Shown in pieces: positions 13,482 to 25,318 of a DNA stretch of 64,000 nucleotides (its first letter is position 1; each line of letters opens with the position of its first letter). The DNA is taken from assembly GCA_000165425.1 (NCBI GenBank), contig CT868660.1:1-64000 (forward strand), in the 5' to 3' direction. The translations under genes and the position numbers were made by a program. The notes below the pieces were generated by a model. That model was given only the letters and a program-made list of their open reading frames with translations. It was not told the DNA's origin and did not search any database. Source of the stretch: Paramecium tetraurelia (Eukaryota).

Positions 13482-14505
13482 TCATATTTTAAAAATCTGA
13501 GAAAAGTTTCGTATGCTCTTTCGATATTCATTTATTTAATTACAACTAGCCATGTTAACTTGATTAGCTAAATTCTAGTATTTTTCTTGAGTACTAACAA
13601 ACCAGGACTTTTTGGCCTCATGGAATAGTCTCTGTTTTTCATTTTTCGCCTTTATACATTAATTATCCAAATCAACCAAATACTCTCTATCAATCTCTGC
13701 TTCGTAATTCTTTTTGAACATCTCATCCTTGCTCAGGTATTCATCTCTAGCAAAGAACTTCTGGCCCAAAATCTTATTAATTAAAATTATAAGTACTTCT
13801 GTTTCTAACACATTTCTATATGTGCTATCTTTTGTTAACTAGTGATATGGTGTTTCAGAGAAAACGTAGTTCAGGAATTGAACTATTGAACTTCCAAAGA
13901 AAATGTAGATAAAAATCAAATAGCATGAAATTTGTATCCAATTGGGTCCTCTTTAAATCTGTCTTCTTTAATTCTAAAATTCTTAATCAACAAATTCTTG
14001 TTGTCTTTGATTTTATTGATGATGACCACGATTCCTTCGAGGACCTGATGAGTAATAAAACATTCCAGGACTTGATTGAACAAATTAAAATCCTCCAAAA
14101 CCATTTCCGAATCCAGCACCAAATCCATTCTCAAATAAATCATCAAACCCTCCATTTTATGAAAAGAATGTTCGGAATATTTATTCGGCTGGACTCTCTC
14201 CCCATTGTTGCCTGTAATGTTGGTAATGTTATTCAGGTTCTTCAGTCCCATATTGATCGTAAGTTCTTCTCTTATCTTGATTGGATAGACAATCGTAAGC
14301 CTAGGTAATGCTATCTATTTACTTGAGCAACTTTCTTAAAGGCCTCATTGGCACTAGGATTTTTATTTTTATCTGGGTGATAGAGCAAGGCCAATTTTCT
14401 ATAAGCTTTTTTTAATTCCTCATCTGTAGCAGTCTTAGAAACACCTAAAATCTCGTAGAAGTCCTTTTTTTTAAGAAATTCCTTTATATCTGCTTCTGTC
14501 GACAT
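13482..14505 (-). CDS. DnaJ co-chaperone, DNAJB12/DNAJB14-like (J domain, G/F-rich, TM, luminal domain)
   Basis: [11 protein letters not shown]...[13 protein letters not shown] (HPD motif), G/F-rich linker, one hydrophobic segment and a C-terminal region with two Cys; two tiny introns. Confidence 0.88.
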
Positions 14506-14529
14506 ATATTAAATATATTTATTAGTAAT

Positions 14530-16774
14530 TCAATGTTATTGAAATGGAATTTTTGATTTTTTTGCGGAATCACTCCGTTTCAGTAGGAAGTATTTCTAAG
14601 TATAGAATGAAAATATTACATTAGATTGCCGATTCAAACTAACAACCTAAGTAGAAATCTATTAAGCAATTTATTTTGAAGACTCATCTCCTGGGAGAGT
14701 GTTGATCTGAGTTCTATATCTCAAATAAGCAGTCTTAGCACTATTGTTATTCTGGCTTTTTAAATGGGTTTAACTTGCTTTACGAGAGTTCGACAAGGAT
14801 CTACTGACAGGAATAGCAGTTTTGAGTTATTATGAATTTGCGAGATTCAGCAATTTAGGTTCATCGTAAACCTTATTGCTAATATGATACTTCTATTTGA
14901 GAGTAGTAATAGGTGTGTGTTTCTATTTCAACTTTTCTTAAGTGAGTTTAGCTTGTTAACTTAGAATTTGATTCATCAATATGTCTACTCTTTATTTGAT
15001 ATCAAATTGTGGTTAGAGAATTTTATTTTTCTTTATAAATAGCTGTTATTGTTGTTTAGGTGAAATTTCAGGTTCCTCCTATTATGTTTCGACCTTCTTT
15101 TCAGCTTCATATTGAGTAACAGAATGCTTCTATGGAAATAGAATATGTTTTTTCGCTGTTAGAGATTGTTGGAGTTTCGTGACGGTTGAATTGGGTTGAT
15201 TGAGTTTTTTTAGCGGTTCTTTTGTTTATTTATTTAAGATAGGGACTTTGACAATAATTACAACTTTATTCGAGAGTGTAGCTTTATTATTAAAGGCATG
15301 AGGTTTTAGCAATTTGGTATGGTACTCTACTTCTTCATCTTCAGGCTAATTTATTGATAAAACTAATTACGATTGATTGCTTATCCACTCCATACAATTT
15401 TTGATAAACCTAATAGATCTGAGAGAAGATTAAACTTGAATGAGGAATAAATGTGTAAAACATTTCCAACGCTTTTCCTAACCAGATTTCAATGTTCATT
15501 TTATTTAGTTGATTATTCAGGAATCGTAATTCAGTTGAAATACTGTAGAAACCTAAGCCAGTGAGCATCATCTAAAATGTAGAATAGAATGAAGTACCAA
15601 CTCTAAGATTACTTCTTCGGCTAAAACCATGTCGTGACTATTGATGGGAAACAATTCCTCTAAATCTACATATGTCAACTGCATTAATCCTAATATTTGC
15701 ATTTACAACATAGGATGATTGTCTTCAATAATTGTGAATAGTTTATTTTATTAATTGTTGTTTTGAGTCTGAAAGATCTATTCTGTAGTAAATAAAGATT
15801 GACTTCTATTTTAATAATTGCGTACTAAAAGATTATTTTAACTACCATTCTCATTCTACTTTTCATCATCATAAGGCATAACACTCCTGATTGAATTTAA
15901 TATTTCCTTAAAAACTATTTCCACTATCTGTGGATAACTCAATGCCTATGGTTATTACTATGGTTAGCAAACAGACTGTGATAGTGAATTTTTTTAATTT
16001 GGAGAATTGATCTCTGAATTGGCTCTTTATTTTTTATTAATATTGTTAAATAGAGTTATTTGTTAACATAATTTAATTGTTAATTAAATAATGTTCCTTA
16101 ATACTTTTAAGGCATCTTTTGCTAATTCTAAGGCCTATTTATTTCTTATGTAAAAATTGGAATGAATACCTTTTGGTTTCTGAAAATAGCAAGGTGATTT
16201 AAAACAGTATTCTCAATCTAAGTAACTTATTTTATATCATCCTAGCTATTTGGAGAACGTCAAAGGTGCCTTTTTTTAAGGTTTTTCCTTTAATTTTGAG
16301 AATCTGTTCACAATCTAACAGTAAATTTAAGGATTCATCGTAGGCTGCATATCTCTTGAGTATAATAGCGTAATTGATTTTCGAGAATAGGACAGATGTG
16401 TATTAAACTTATATTCTATGTGATGAGAAGTAATTACTAATTTAAAGTATAAAATTCTAATAATTTTGTCGCTCGGTTGTGGAACTCTAAAGCTTGGAAA
16501 TCTGAGATGTCCTCTTGTATAGCAATTTTAGTGAAGTCATTGATAATGAAATCTGGATTGTCAGGCTTGATTAGGATGATTTCTGAGGAATCTTCAGTCT
16601 GTTGGATTAGATTGTTTTATATACTTGAATGAAGAAGTTGGAATCATTATTGATCTGTTCTCTCCTGAAAGTAATTCTCTTTTGCCTTACTTTAAAAATA
16701 GGAGATTTCTCTTGGATCAACACAGGCTGAGATACATTTTTGTTGTGAAATGTATGTGCTTCCAATTTAATCAT
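14530..16774 (-). CDS. Hypothetical protein, TPR-like helices near N-terminus, low-complexity C-terminus
   Basis: Long table-6 coding stretches (e.g. INYAIILKRYAAYDESLNLLLDCEQILK). I could not resolve the 5' exon structure. Confidence 0.4.
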
Positions 16775-16818
16775 TTTATAATTTAATATATATATATTTT
16801 GTGTTATCTGAAAGGTTA

Positions 16819-17419
16819 TCAGAATGCCCTCTTAACCATGATGTTGTAGAAGTCCTCTCTTGTAATTTCTCTGCCATTCGAAGCTGCACGTTCCAACATT
16901 TCGGCCAATTCTTCAGCAGTCATAGTCTCACCCAATTCTTTGGATACCTAACTAATCAATTCTCATAATACTCTTTTCAAATTATTCAAGTTGATGCTAT
17001 TGCTGCCATCATCATCAAATAAATCAAATATTTTATTGATGCCATCTTTGCTCTCTCTATTGCCCAACTTCGATGTTATTGCATCTAAAAATTAATCAAA
17101 ATCAATATCAGTTCTATTTTCTATCTTATACTAAATACCCTTCATTTTCTAATTCTGCAATCATGTTGAAAATTGTTGGATTCTTTTAATCAAATCCCAA
17201 ACTCTACATAGCTGCCTTCAATTCTCGTGGATCTACTCTTCCAGTCCCTTCGGTATCAAAAAGATTGAATGCTTCTCTGATTTCATCAATTTCATCATCA
17301 GTTAATCCTGGTCTAGTAACACTAAATCATCATCAATACCTTTCCTGAGGTTTGCGCACATTGCCTTGCTTTTAAGGTTACTGTTTCTGAGCAACTTATT
17401 GTTAGGGTTTGGCTCTCAT
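16819..17419 (-). CDS. Centrin, infraciliary-lattice (ICL)-type EF-hand protein
   Basis: [40 protein letters not shown]...[42 protein letters not shown]...[11 protein letters not shown]; three tiny introns. Confidence 0.9.
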
Positions 17420-17486
17420 ATCTTTTATTTAAAATATATATATAAATAAATAGTATATCAAGCAAATAACTTTCACAACATTCCCA

Positions 17487-18995
17487 TCATAATTGAGACG
17501 AATGTTTCTCCTCCTCATCCCCAAAAGGACTATCATTCCCAGATTAATCATACCCTATCTGATCTAAATAAAGTATAATAAACATATATATATTACCATC
17601 CGAAGGCTTATCAAAGTCTATGTTTCTTCGATCCTCATCCAGATTGCTAGAACTGTTAAATCTCTGATATTGTCTGTCCTCTCCAAACTGTATTTTCACA
17701 TAAGTGGAAGCCTTCTTTGTTTTCCTTGTGTCTACCTCGATACTCTCCTCATCTTCATCATCTTGTCCTTCCCAAATAGTCTCTGGAATCAAACTTTGAA
17801 TTGATTTGGCTTTAGAGAATTATTACTGTGCGGCAATCTTCTTTGGTTTCTACTGTTGTTATTGAGGCAACGGTATTTTGGCCTTGTATTGTAGGGTTTT
17901 TCCTGTGGCATTCAAAAAATCCAACAACAATTCATTATTGCCAAATGAATTCACTAATCCTTTCAAAAAGGAGTCTAATTGTATTCTCCGATTATCAATA
18001 TCCTATTAAGTTAAGTATTTTGTCATCTTTGGGAAGACGGGTAGATCGAGTTATGGGTATGTTAAAGTGAAATCCCTGTGAAAAGTTAGAAAATCACTAA
18101 AGGATCGAAATACTATTTTATGTTTCCCTTAATACTTGAAAGTAATTTCATAAATAATGTATTTTCGCTATGTACTCATGTCTTTGTTGTCCTAATAAGA
18201 ATTGACTTCAACATCTGTAATGTGTTGTTGTTGCAATTAATCACCTGATTGACAAAATGTGAAATTGGATTCGTTGGCTATTAGTTATTACCTTATCTAG
18301 ACCTCCTCTTCATTGCCAAGCATCTGTAGTTTGTATTGGTATTCTGATACTACTGTCTAGAGAAGCTTTTTGTCTTATGGTATGAAGAACACAAAGACTG
18401 ATAGTAGCAAGAGCGCTATTCCTCTGAGAATGAACATGAGCCAACAACTGATGTCTTCGTGTCTTATTACAAATTTATCTTTGTTATTTATCTGCCAAGC
18501 AAATAGGACAATAGCGAATCCACAAAAACAGAAAAATTACAACTAAATAGGATATTGCACAAAATACTATGAGGTTGAGTTGAGTAGCAAATGTTGTTTA
18601 TCCATACTTGTTTGCATCCTCAAATATTTGCAATCCTGCCAACAAATAATTTATTATCTAACAAAACTCTATAATTGTTATCAAAACGTAACTAATCTAT
18701 TAGCAAAGTATACTCTGAATGGAATTAAACATTGATGATTATTTGCAATATTGACAAAAGTGTGAACATACTCAAGATTGCTACTTTTGTATAAATGGAA
18801 CATAAATTCAGAATGAATAGTTTTCTTTTCTCCTTGAACTATTACCTGGCAGCATTGTAACCTACTCATAGATTCGTGACTCTTACCCTTATTTTACTTC
18901 TTCCACATAAGACTTGCCAAATTCTAAAGCAGAGGCAAAATTCCCAATCCTATTACAACTATATTTTCCCAAATATTATCAAAAACCTTTGCCAT
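17487..18995 (-). CDS. Membrane protein with PX (phox homology) domain
   Basis: Hydrophobic segments in the N-terminal half, then KYIIYEITFKYQGKHKIVFRSFSDFLTFHRDFTLTYPQLDLPVFPKM...DNRRIQLDSFLKGL...LLDFL (PX consensus), then an acidic tail. N-terminal exon structure uncertain. Confidence 0.7.
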
Positions 18996-19199
18996 AATAT
19001 ATAATTAAATCAATAAAAAAAGTGATATATCATGTTAATATTTTTGTTATCTTTCCAAAGCCCTTCAGCATTAGCGATTGAGCATTTGTTCTCAATAATG
19101 ATAATAATGAGTTTATTCAATCAAACTATTTTGCCATAAATTTTAAATTGCACTATAACTCTAAACATTAAATAAATATTTCAAATTCAAAATATAAAA

Positions 19200-21108
19200 A
19201 TGCAACATCTCAGCTACCCTCCAGATAAAAAAATTTAGAATTATCAATTCAGCTTTAGATCAAAATTAGGAAAGGGTGCTTATGGTACAGTTTATGCTGG
19301 TAGAAACACCTTAGATAGTAAATATTCATTTCTATATATTAGATAAAATTGTTGCTCTCAAAGTGATTGACAAAAAATTGCTTCTGACAGATTATGCCAA
19401 TCAATTAATTGCATCAGAAATAGAAATAATGAAGAAGATTAATGATTCTCATGTTGTTAAATTGTTGGACGTATTATAAAGCGCTAATAATACATATATC
19501 ATAACTGAGTTTTGTAATTAAGGAGACCTCAGGGAATTTATCAAAAATAGAAAGTACTATATACATATATTTAGAGTTATTCCAGAAGATGAAGCACTCA
19601 AGATCTTGAATGATTTATTATTAGGAATCAAGGCTCTACTTAAAATCGGAATAATCCATCGAGATATCAAACCAGCCAACATATTAATGCACGATAACCA
19701 ATTCAAAATAACTGATTTTGGTTTCGCAAAGCAAATCGATGCCAATTTGGATACCATCATGAATTCTTTGGTTGGCACTCCTTTATACATGAGTCCTCAG
19801 ATCTTGAAACGAACTAAATATTCATCCAAATGCGATGTTTGGTCACTTGGTTTGATCTTGTATGAGATGCTCTATGGAGTAACTCCTTGGCATTCACAAA
19901 ACCTTGTTGAATTAATGAATAAATTGGATTCTAAAGTAAAAAATTAATTTAATAAATTAGCCATTGTCATTTCCAGTACATCCATAAGTCTCAGAAAACA
20001 CAAAAAAGTTAATCAAAGGTTGTCTTTAGATTAGTGAGGAAAGAAGGTGGAGTTGGGAAGACCTATTCAACTCTGTTAATATCAACCTGAATACAAGTGA
20101 TAATAAATAGGAATCTCCCACTTCAACAGTGAAGGAGGATACTTAAATAGGAACTTAAAGGGAGAATCAAAATTACAATTAGTCAAAGTACTCGATACAA
20201 ATGCTTCGAATAAAATAAAGAACTGAATCATTGTGTCAATAAATTAACAAACACAACAGAAGCTTCAGCAACACAGCCTTTCTTACAAACGATGTGGTTA
20301 AGAAATATGAGAATAAAACCCCGATTAATGAGAAATAAAAATAGGCAACTAGTTATTTAGATTTGAAGGATAAACTAAGATAAAATTAGGAGAAAACTGA
20401 AAGGGAAAGAAGTAGCTCATAAAATTCGAAATTTCACACATAAAGATCAGAACTAAACAACTATTTGGAGAAGATCCACAATGTTCAATAAAAGCTAAAT
20501 AGTAATAATGACTCATGCAGAACCCCGAGTGCCTTATAATCTCATTCAACTAATACGTCAAATAAATAAAATTGCGACTTAGATCTAGTCAAGGTGTCTG
20601 AATTTTAATTTGAGGACAATAAGGGATCTGACAATTTTATCTTGTTTAGAAATCCAAAGACCGAAAGAGTGAAAAGAACTAATAGTCTAAGTGGGAATTT
20701 TGGTTATTAACAACACTCTCCATTTTAGGGGAAGTCCTCAATACAGTAATTGATTAAAACGATGAGTAATTAATTGGAACTCATCCCTAATCATGTAAAC
20801 TGCAAAGTGGAGATCTTCACTATGGTTATTTTGCATAAGGATTTAATCAATCACACGTAAAATAAACAAATCTACACAAATTAAGATCTGAGAGATCTAA
20901 AGTTACTTATAAATAATCTAATTACTTATTTGAATTCGAATTCAGGGGAATACTCCAGTAAATAATCACAAGTGTTGTTGTTGTTATTGTTAACATACCA
21001 CAAGGTGCTGATTTTCAATATTAAAAACAAATCTTTGAACATAGATGCAAATCTGATAGAATCAATAAAAAAGAATATCTAAATACAATAGAATCAGATG
21101 AATATTGA
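19200..21108 (+). CDS. Ser/Thr protein kinase, ULK/ATG1-like group
   Basis: LGKGAYGTVY, VALKVI, EFCNQGDL, HRDIKPAN, DFGFAK, GTPLYMSPQ and CDVWSLG motifs; three tiny introns; Q/N-rich tail. Confidence 0.9.
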
Positions 21109-21257
21109 GTCTAAAGTGGTTAGAGAACAAATACATTAATTAATGTGATTTCATAATTTTTATTTTATTTTTTTTTGGTTTATAGATCAAATGATGTCAT
21201 ATAAATCTCTATTTAACTAAATAGTGTTTTCCGATAATAATTAATATAAATTAGACA

Positions 21258-21937
21258 ATGAAAGCATCCTGCTTAGTTGCATTGGTTATATTAGCCTCAA
21301 TATCTACAACATTGGCCACCAAAGGTATCGATTTGAGTGCCTCATTCAACAATTTCTCTTGTGTGAAAAATGCTGGCTATTCTTTTGCTATCGTCAGAGG
21401 GTACAAGAGTTTTGGTGAAGTAGACACAGTAGGTCATTAAAATCTTAAGAACGCCAAGGCTGCAGGTTTGATTGGTGATGCCTACTTTTTCCCATGCAAA
21501 GGAAGTAATACCTTAATTTATCATTAATAGAAAAGACTGCTTCCGCTTAAGTAACTGAGTTCGATAATGTATTTGGTTCAGAATACGGAACAGTTTGGAT
21601 TGATGTTGAATCCAACCCAAGTACTGGATGCGGATGGAGTAGTTCTGATCACACAGGAAATTGCCAATTTTTATAGGATCTTGTGAATGCCTTTACTGCC
21701 AAGAAGAGATTAGTAGGAATCTATGCTTCTTAATATTAATGGTCAACCATTATGGGATCAGCTTCAGCTTGTGCTAAATTTACTTCTCATCCTCTTTGGT
21801 ACGCTCATTACGACAACAGTGCATCCTTCAGTGATTATGCCAAATACGCTTTGGGTGGATGGACTACACCATCAATCAAATAATATGTTGGTGACACAAC
21901 CTTATGTTCAGTTGGAGTCGATTTGAATTTCTATTGA
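21258..21937 (+). CDS. Secreted GH25-type (protist-type) lysozyme
   Basis: Signal peptide, KGIDLS, FAIVRGY, YFFPC, VWIDVE, GIYAS..QW..IMG, PLWYAHYD, GGWTTPSIKQY...GVDLNFY*; 26-nt intron at 21505-21530. Confidence 0.92.
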
Positions 21938-21959
21938 ATAACATATTTAATAAGATATA

Positions 21960-23618
21960 TCTTAATATAAAATTATCCTGTTCTTCCAGAATATTTTTAC
22001 TACTTTTTGCAAGAATATCCGCCACTGTTTCCACTTGTCATAAAACCAAATAGAACGTTGTAAATATGTTTTGAGCTAATAAAAATAAGTAATTATAAAC
22101 TAGATAAAATAATTGTCATAATTGTGAATCTAAATTTGTTTATGCTAAGTATTTTAATGACAAATTAAATGAACACGCAGCCAATATGAAGTTTATAGGC
22201 AAGTAAATAATTGTACTATAATATGAGATATAATTTAAAATTGAACTTCCAAATAACTACTAGGCCATCATAAGATTTCTTGTCCACCAATCTTCCTAAA
22301 ATCGGATATTTATGAATTTACATAATTGATTATCAACCAAATAGTATCAAAAATACATTGAATTAATATTATCAATGATATTTAGGCTAAAATCTTTGTT
22401 GTCTTTATGTAGTTGACTCTGTATGCCCAGACCAACATACCTATAGACATAGTTGATGTTAGTTATTAAAAGCAAGGTCTAGACAAAGATACAAAAATCA
22501 AAGAGAATATAGTTGTGATTGAACTTAAAATCATCACCACTCTTTACCATTCCTCTATTGTGTCTTGATGTTCTCCTTTGTTGTATATAGAAGTTAAATA
22601 CTTTTGAATTATTTTGCCATTGTATACATAGTGTCCTAGTAATTAATTTTCCAATCTTATTCTTCACTTTGTTACACTGCAGGCTATTAGAACTGTTATT
22701 GAACATTGGTTATTTGAGGCATTCTCTAGATTCTGGATCTATTAAAGGTGAATGTCAGAGCATCCAATAGGTAATTAGCCTTATTAACAATCACTTATTG
22801 TTCCTCAATTTCTTTCCTGAATTGATTCACACTTGTTATATGATCCTCCAACAAGGCCACTTTGCTATGAACCCATAAAATTGTTAAATTCAATTTTAGT
22901 TTTGAATTTATTAATACACCATATTCATTCTCCAAGATGTAATCCTACGTATGCTGTTATTAATCTTTGTACTGATACAGGGGTAATTACAACTGTCCAA
23001 TCAAATGTTACTCTGTGTCGAACAATCCAACAAAGATCTAACCATGAGGCGATGGAACATGACTATTCTACTTAGTTGAATAATAATTACATTTAGAATT
23101 CCTCATTCCAAATTGGATGTATGGTCATGTCGGATATTTTAGTTTGTTGCTAAACAGTGAATAGTGTTATCAAAATCTAGTACTTCGCCATTTTCAAGCA
23201 TTCACCATGTGAAACTGTAATAAATAAAGTGCTATCATTATCTATCTCATATTCATTCTGTCTTTCATCTTTCCTTGCTTATTATAATTCATCCTATAAT
23301 TTTTTGTACTCGCTCCTATACACTAGAATTTAATTGTTAGACTCCTGTTTAATTTAAAGCTAATTCTAATACTCCTTAAAGGTCATCTCGACAAGATCGT
23401 TAACTGTAAAATAATACCCTTAAGCATGAGTTGGATGATTTGATCTAATTTTTTCTATTAACTCATTTGGAAACTCTCTTCCAATCTTAAAACCTAATCT
23501 CACTAAATACCAATTGGTTAATGTATTGAAACACATCCGGAAGGGAGTACTCTTGATCGCCTTCAAACTTTCCTTATTTGAAAATTTGATAAATAACATC
23601 TGTTTATAATTAATTCAT
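21960..23618 (-). CDS. C2-domain protein with coiled coil and C-terminal hydrophobic segments
   Basis: STLFITVSHGECLKMAKYQILITLFTVQQQTKISDMTIHPIWNEEF fits the C2 pattern (L.V.V..G..L ... TK......P.WNE.F). 3' end approximate. Confidence 0.55.
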
Positions 23619-23644
23619 AATATATATATTGCAATTATTATCTA

Positions 23645-24415
23645 ATGAATTAACAAAAAACTTTCTCATTTACATCTATTTCAGATTTCAAGACTCTCGT
23701 GACTAACCAAAATTCACCACTCAAAATTTCTGTCCTTTGAATGATATGCAACATTCATAAGAATTCTACAGTCTATATGTAAGGCATTATCCTTTATTTG
23801 CAGAATCTATTAATAATTAGGATTTGCTCTTGCTATAAAATTCTAAAATTAAGTTATTCTCACTGATCTTAATTATAATTCCTGAATAAAAATTGACAAT
23901 TTTATTTTTTTCTAAATATTAACCTAAATTGAGAAGTAATAGTGGAAATTTCTAACTCATGATAGTCTGTTCTCTATCACCCATTTATCCACTCCAACTA
24001 TTACATTTGAAATGAAGTGTTATATCTTAACTCAAAATCTTTAACTCTAATAATTCTAATATAGTCTCATTCCATAAAAGGATCTTACTAATAAATAACA
24101 ATAAATACCAGGATTATAAATACAGATTTTATAATAATCATTCTAATTCAATAAAATACATATAACTATTTATGAAGATAATCTAAATATTAAACAACAA
24201 AAGGTAGTAGTTCTCTTTGGATTGCGAAGTTATCAAAACCAAATGATTTGGTTAGTAGAAAAGCTTTTCATAAATTTCCAGTTGATATCAAAGGGAATTT
24301 ACAATTTCGATTTTTGGAGGATACCAAATAATATTATCTACTTTACTAATACTCATATGATTAAGGGAAAGAGGAACTGAATGGTTTGGCGAAGGTTGTA
24401 TGCCCTAGTTTATGA
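23645..24415 (+). CDS. Hypothetical protein (structure unresolved)
   Basis: Open 3' frame LWIAKLSKPNDLVSRKAFHKFPVDIKGNLQFRFLEDTK...KVVCPSL*; the 5' part does not give one clean frame. Confidence 0.3.
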
Positions 24416-24655
24416 TCATTTAATTTCATATATGAAGTATATATAGTAAAGGATGAAATTATATAACATATTATATTATAAATTACTTCCAAATCTTTTT
24501 ATATCATAAAATCAAAGAAATTAATTTAAACTTATTTTGAATCTAGATTTAAATGCAGGATGAGGTTAAGTTAGAAATTCACATACAATGAGAAGGACAA
24601 TTTTGAATTGATTAAAATTATCAAAAATTAAATAATCTAATTTTAAATTAAAAAA

Positions 24656-24726
24656 TACCACCCCGAAGACTTGAACTCGGAACTTCAACTTAAAAGGTTG
24701 ACGCTTTACCTCTAAGCTAGATGATA
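24656..24726 (-). tRNA. tRNA-Lys(UUU), degenerate, possibly a pseudogene
   Basis: Minus strand reads TATCATC-TA-GCTT-AGAGGTA-AAGC-G-TCAAC-CTTTTAA-GTTGA-AGTT-CCGAG-TTCAAGT-CTTCGG-GGTGGTA, followed by a T run (Pol III terminator). Perfect anticodon stem, A and B boxes present, bulged T stem. Confidence 0.75.
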
Positions 24727-25318
24727 TATCTATAAAATTGGTAATAGCATTGCTTATCTGATTTTTAAATAACATAATTATATTTAAGACCTTTATTAAA
24801 GTTAAATGGATATATATGGCATGCATTCTTTTATTTTACTTCAGTTTGAATCAAAAGAAGGAATAATCACTTTATAATTGTTAGTTTTTAAATTTTATAT
24901 ATCGAATTTCATTTTATTTTCAGTCAATATATAATCGATGGTTGAAACATTAACTTGATATAGTAGAATATATCACAGAGGAATAAAAATTCTTAATAGT
25001 TTACTTGGTCAAACAGTTATAAATTAAGATCAAATCATTTAAAAATACAAAAGAATTTATATAAAAAATCAAAAAAATGATAACAATAGAAGAAAAAAGT
25101 ATTTATTTATACACTTGAATTTTTCGAAGAATATCTTTTATCTTATTTGCTAATATATAAATCTATAACACTAATTCAAAATTTTATTAATTTTATAAAA
25201 CAGGTTTCAATAAACTCAGATTAAAAGATGTATAAAATAACTAATAGAAACTTATAATTTGAATTTTCATACTTTTATGATAAAATTGTTGATTTACGCA
25301 ATATTTAATAATTATAAA

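Noticed and set aside
13916..14308. Overlapping ORFs of 111 aa (-) and 127 aa (+)
   Set aside because: Off-frame and antisense shadows of the DnaJ gene.
24566..24826. 86-aa minus-strand ORF
   Set aside because: It overlaps the tRNA-Lys-like element and has no protein motif.
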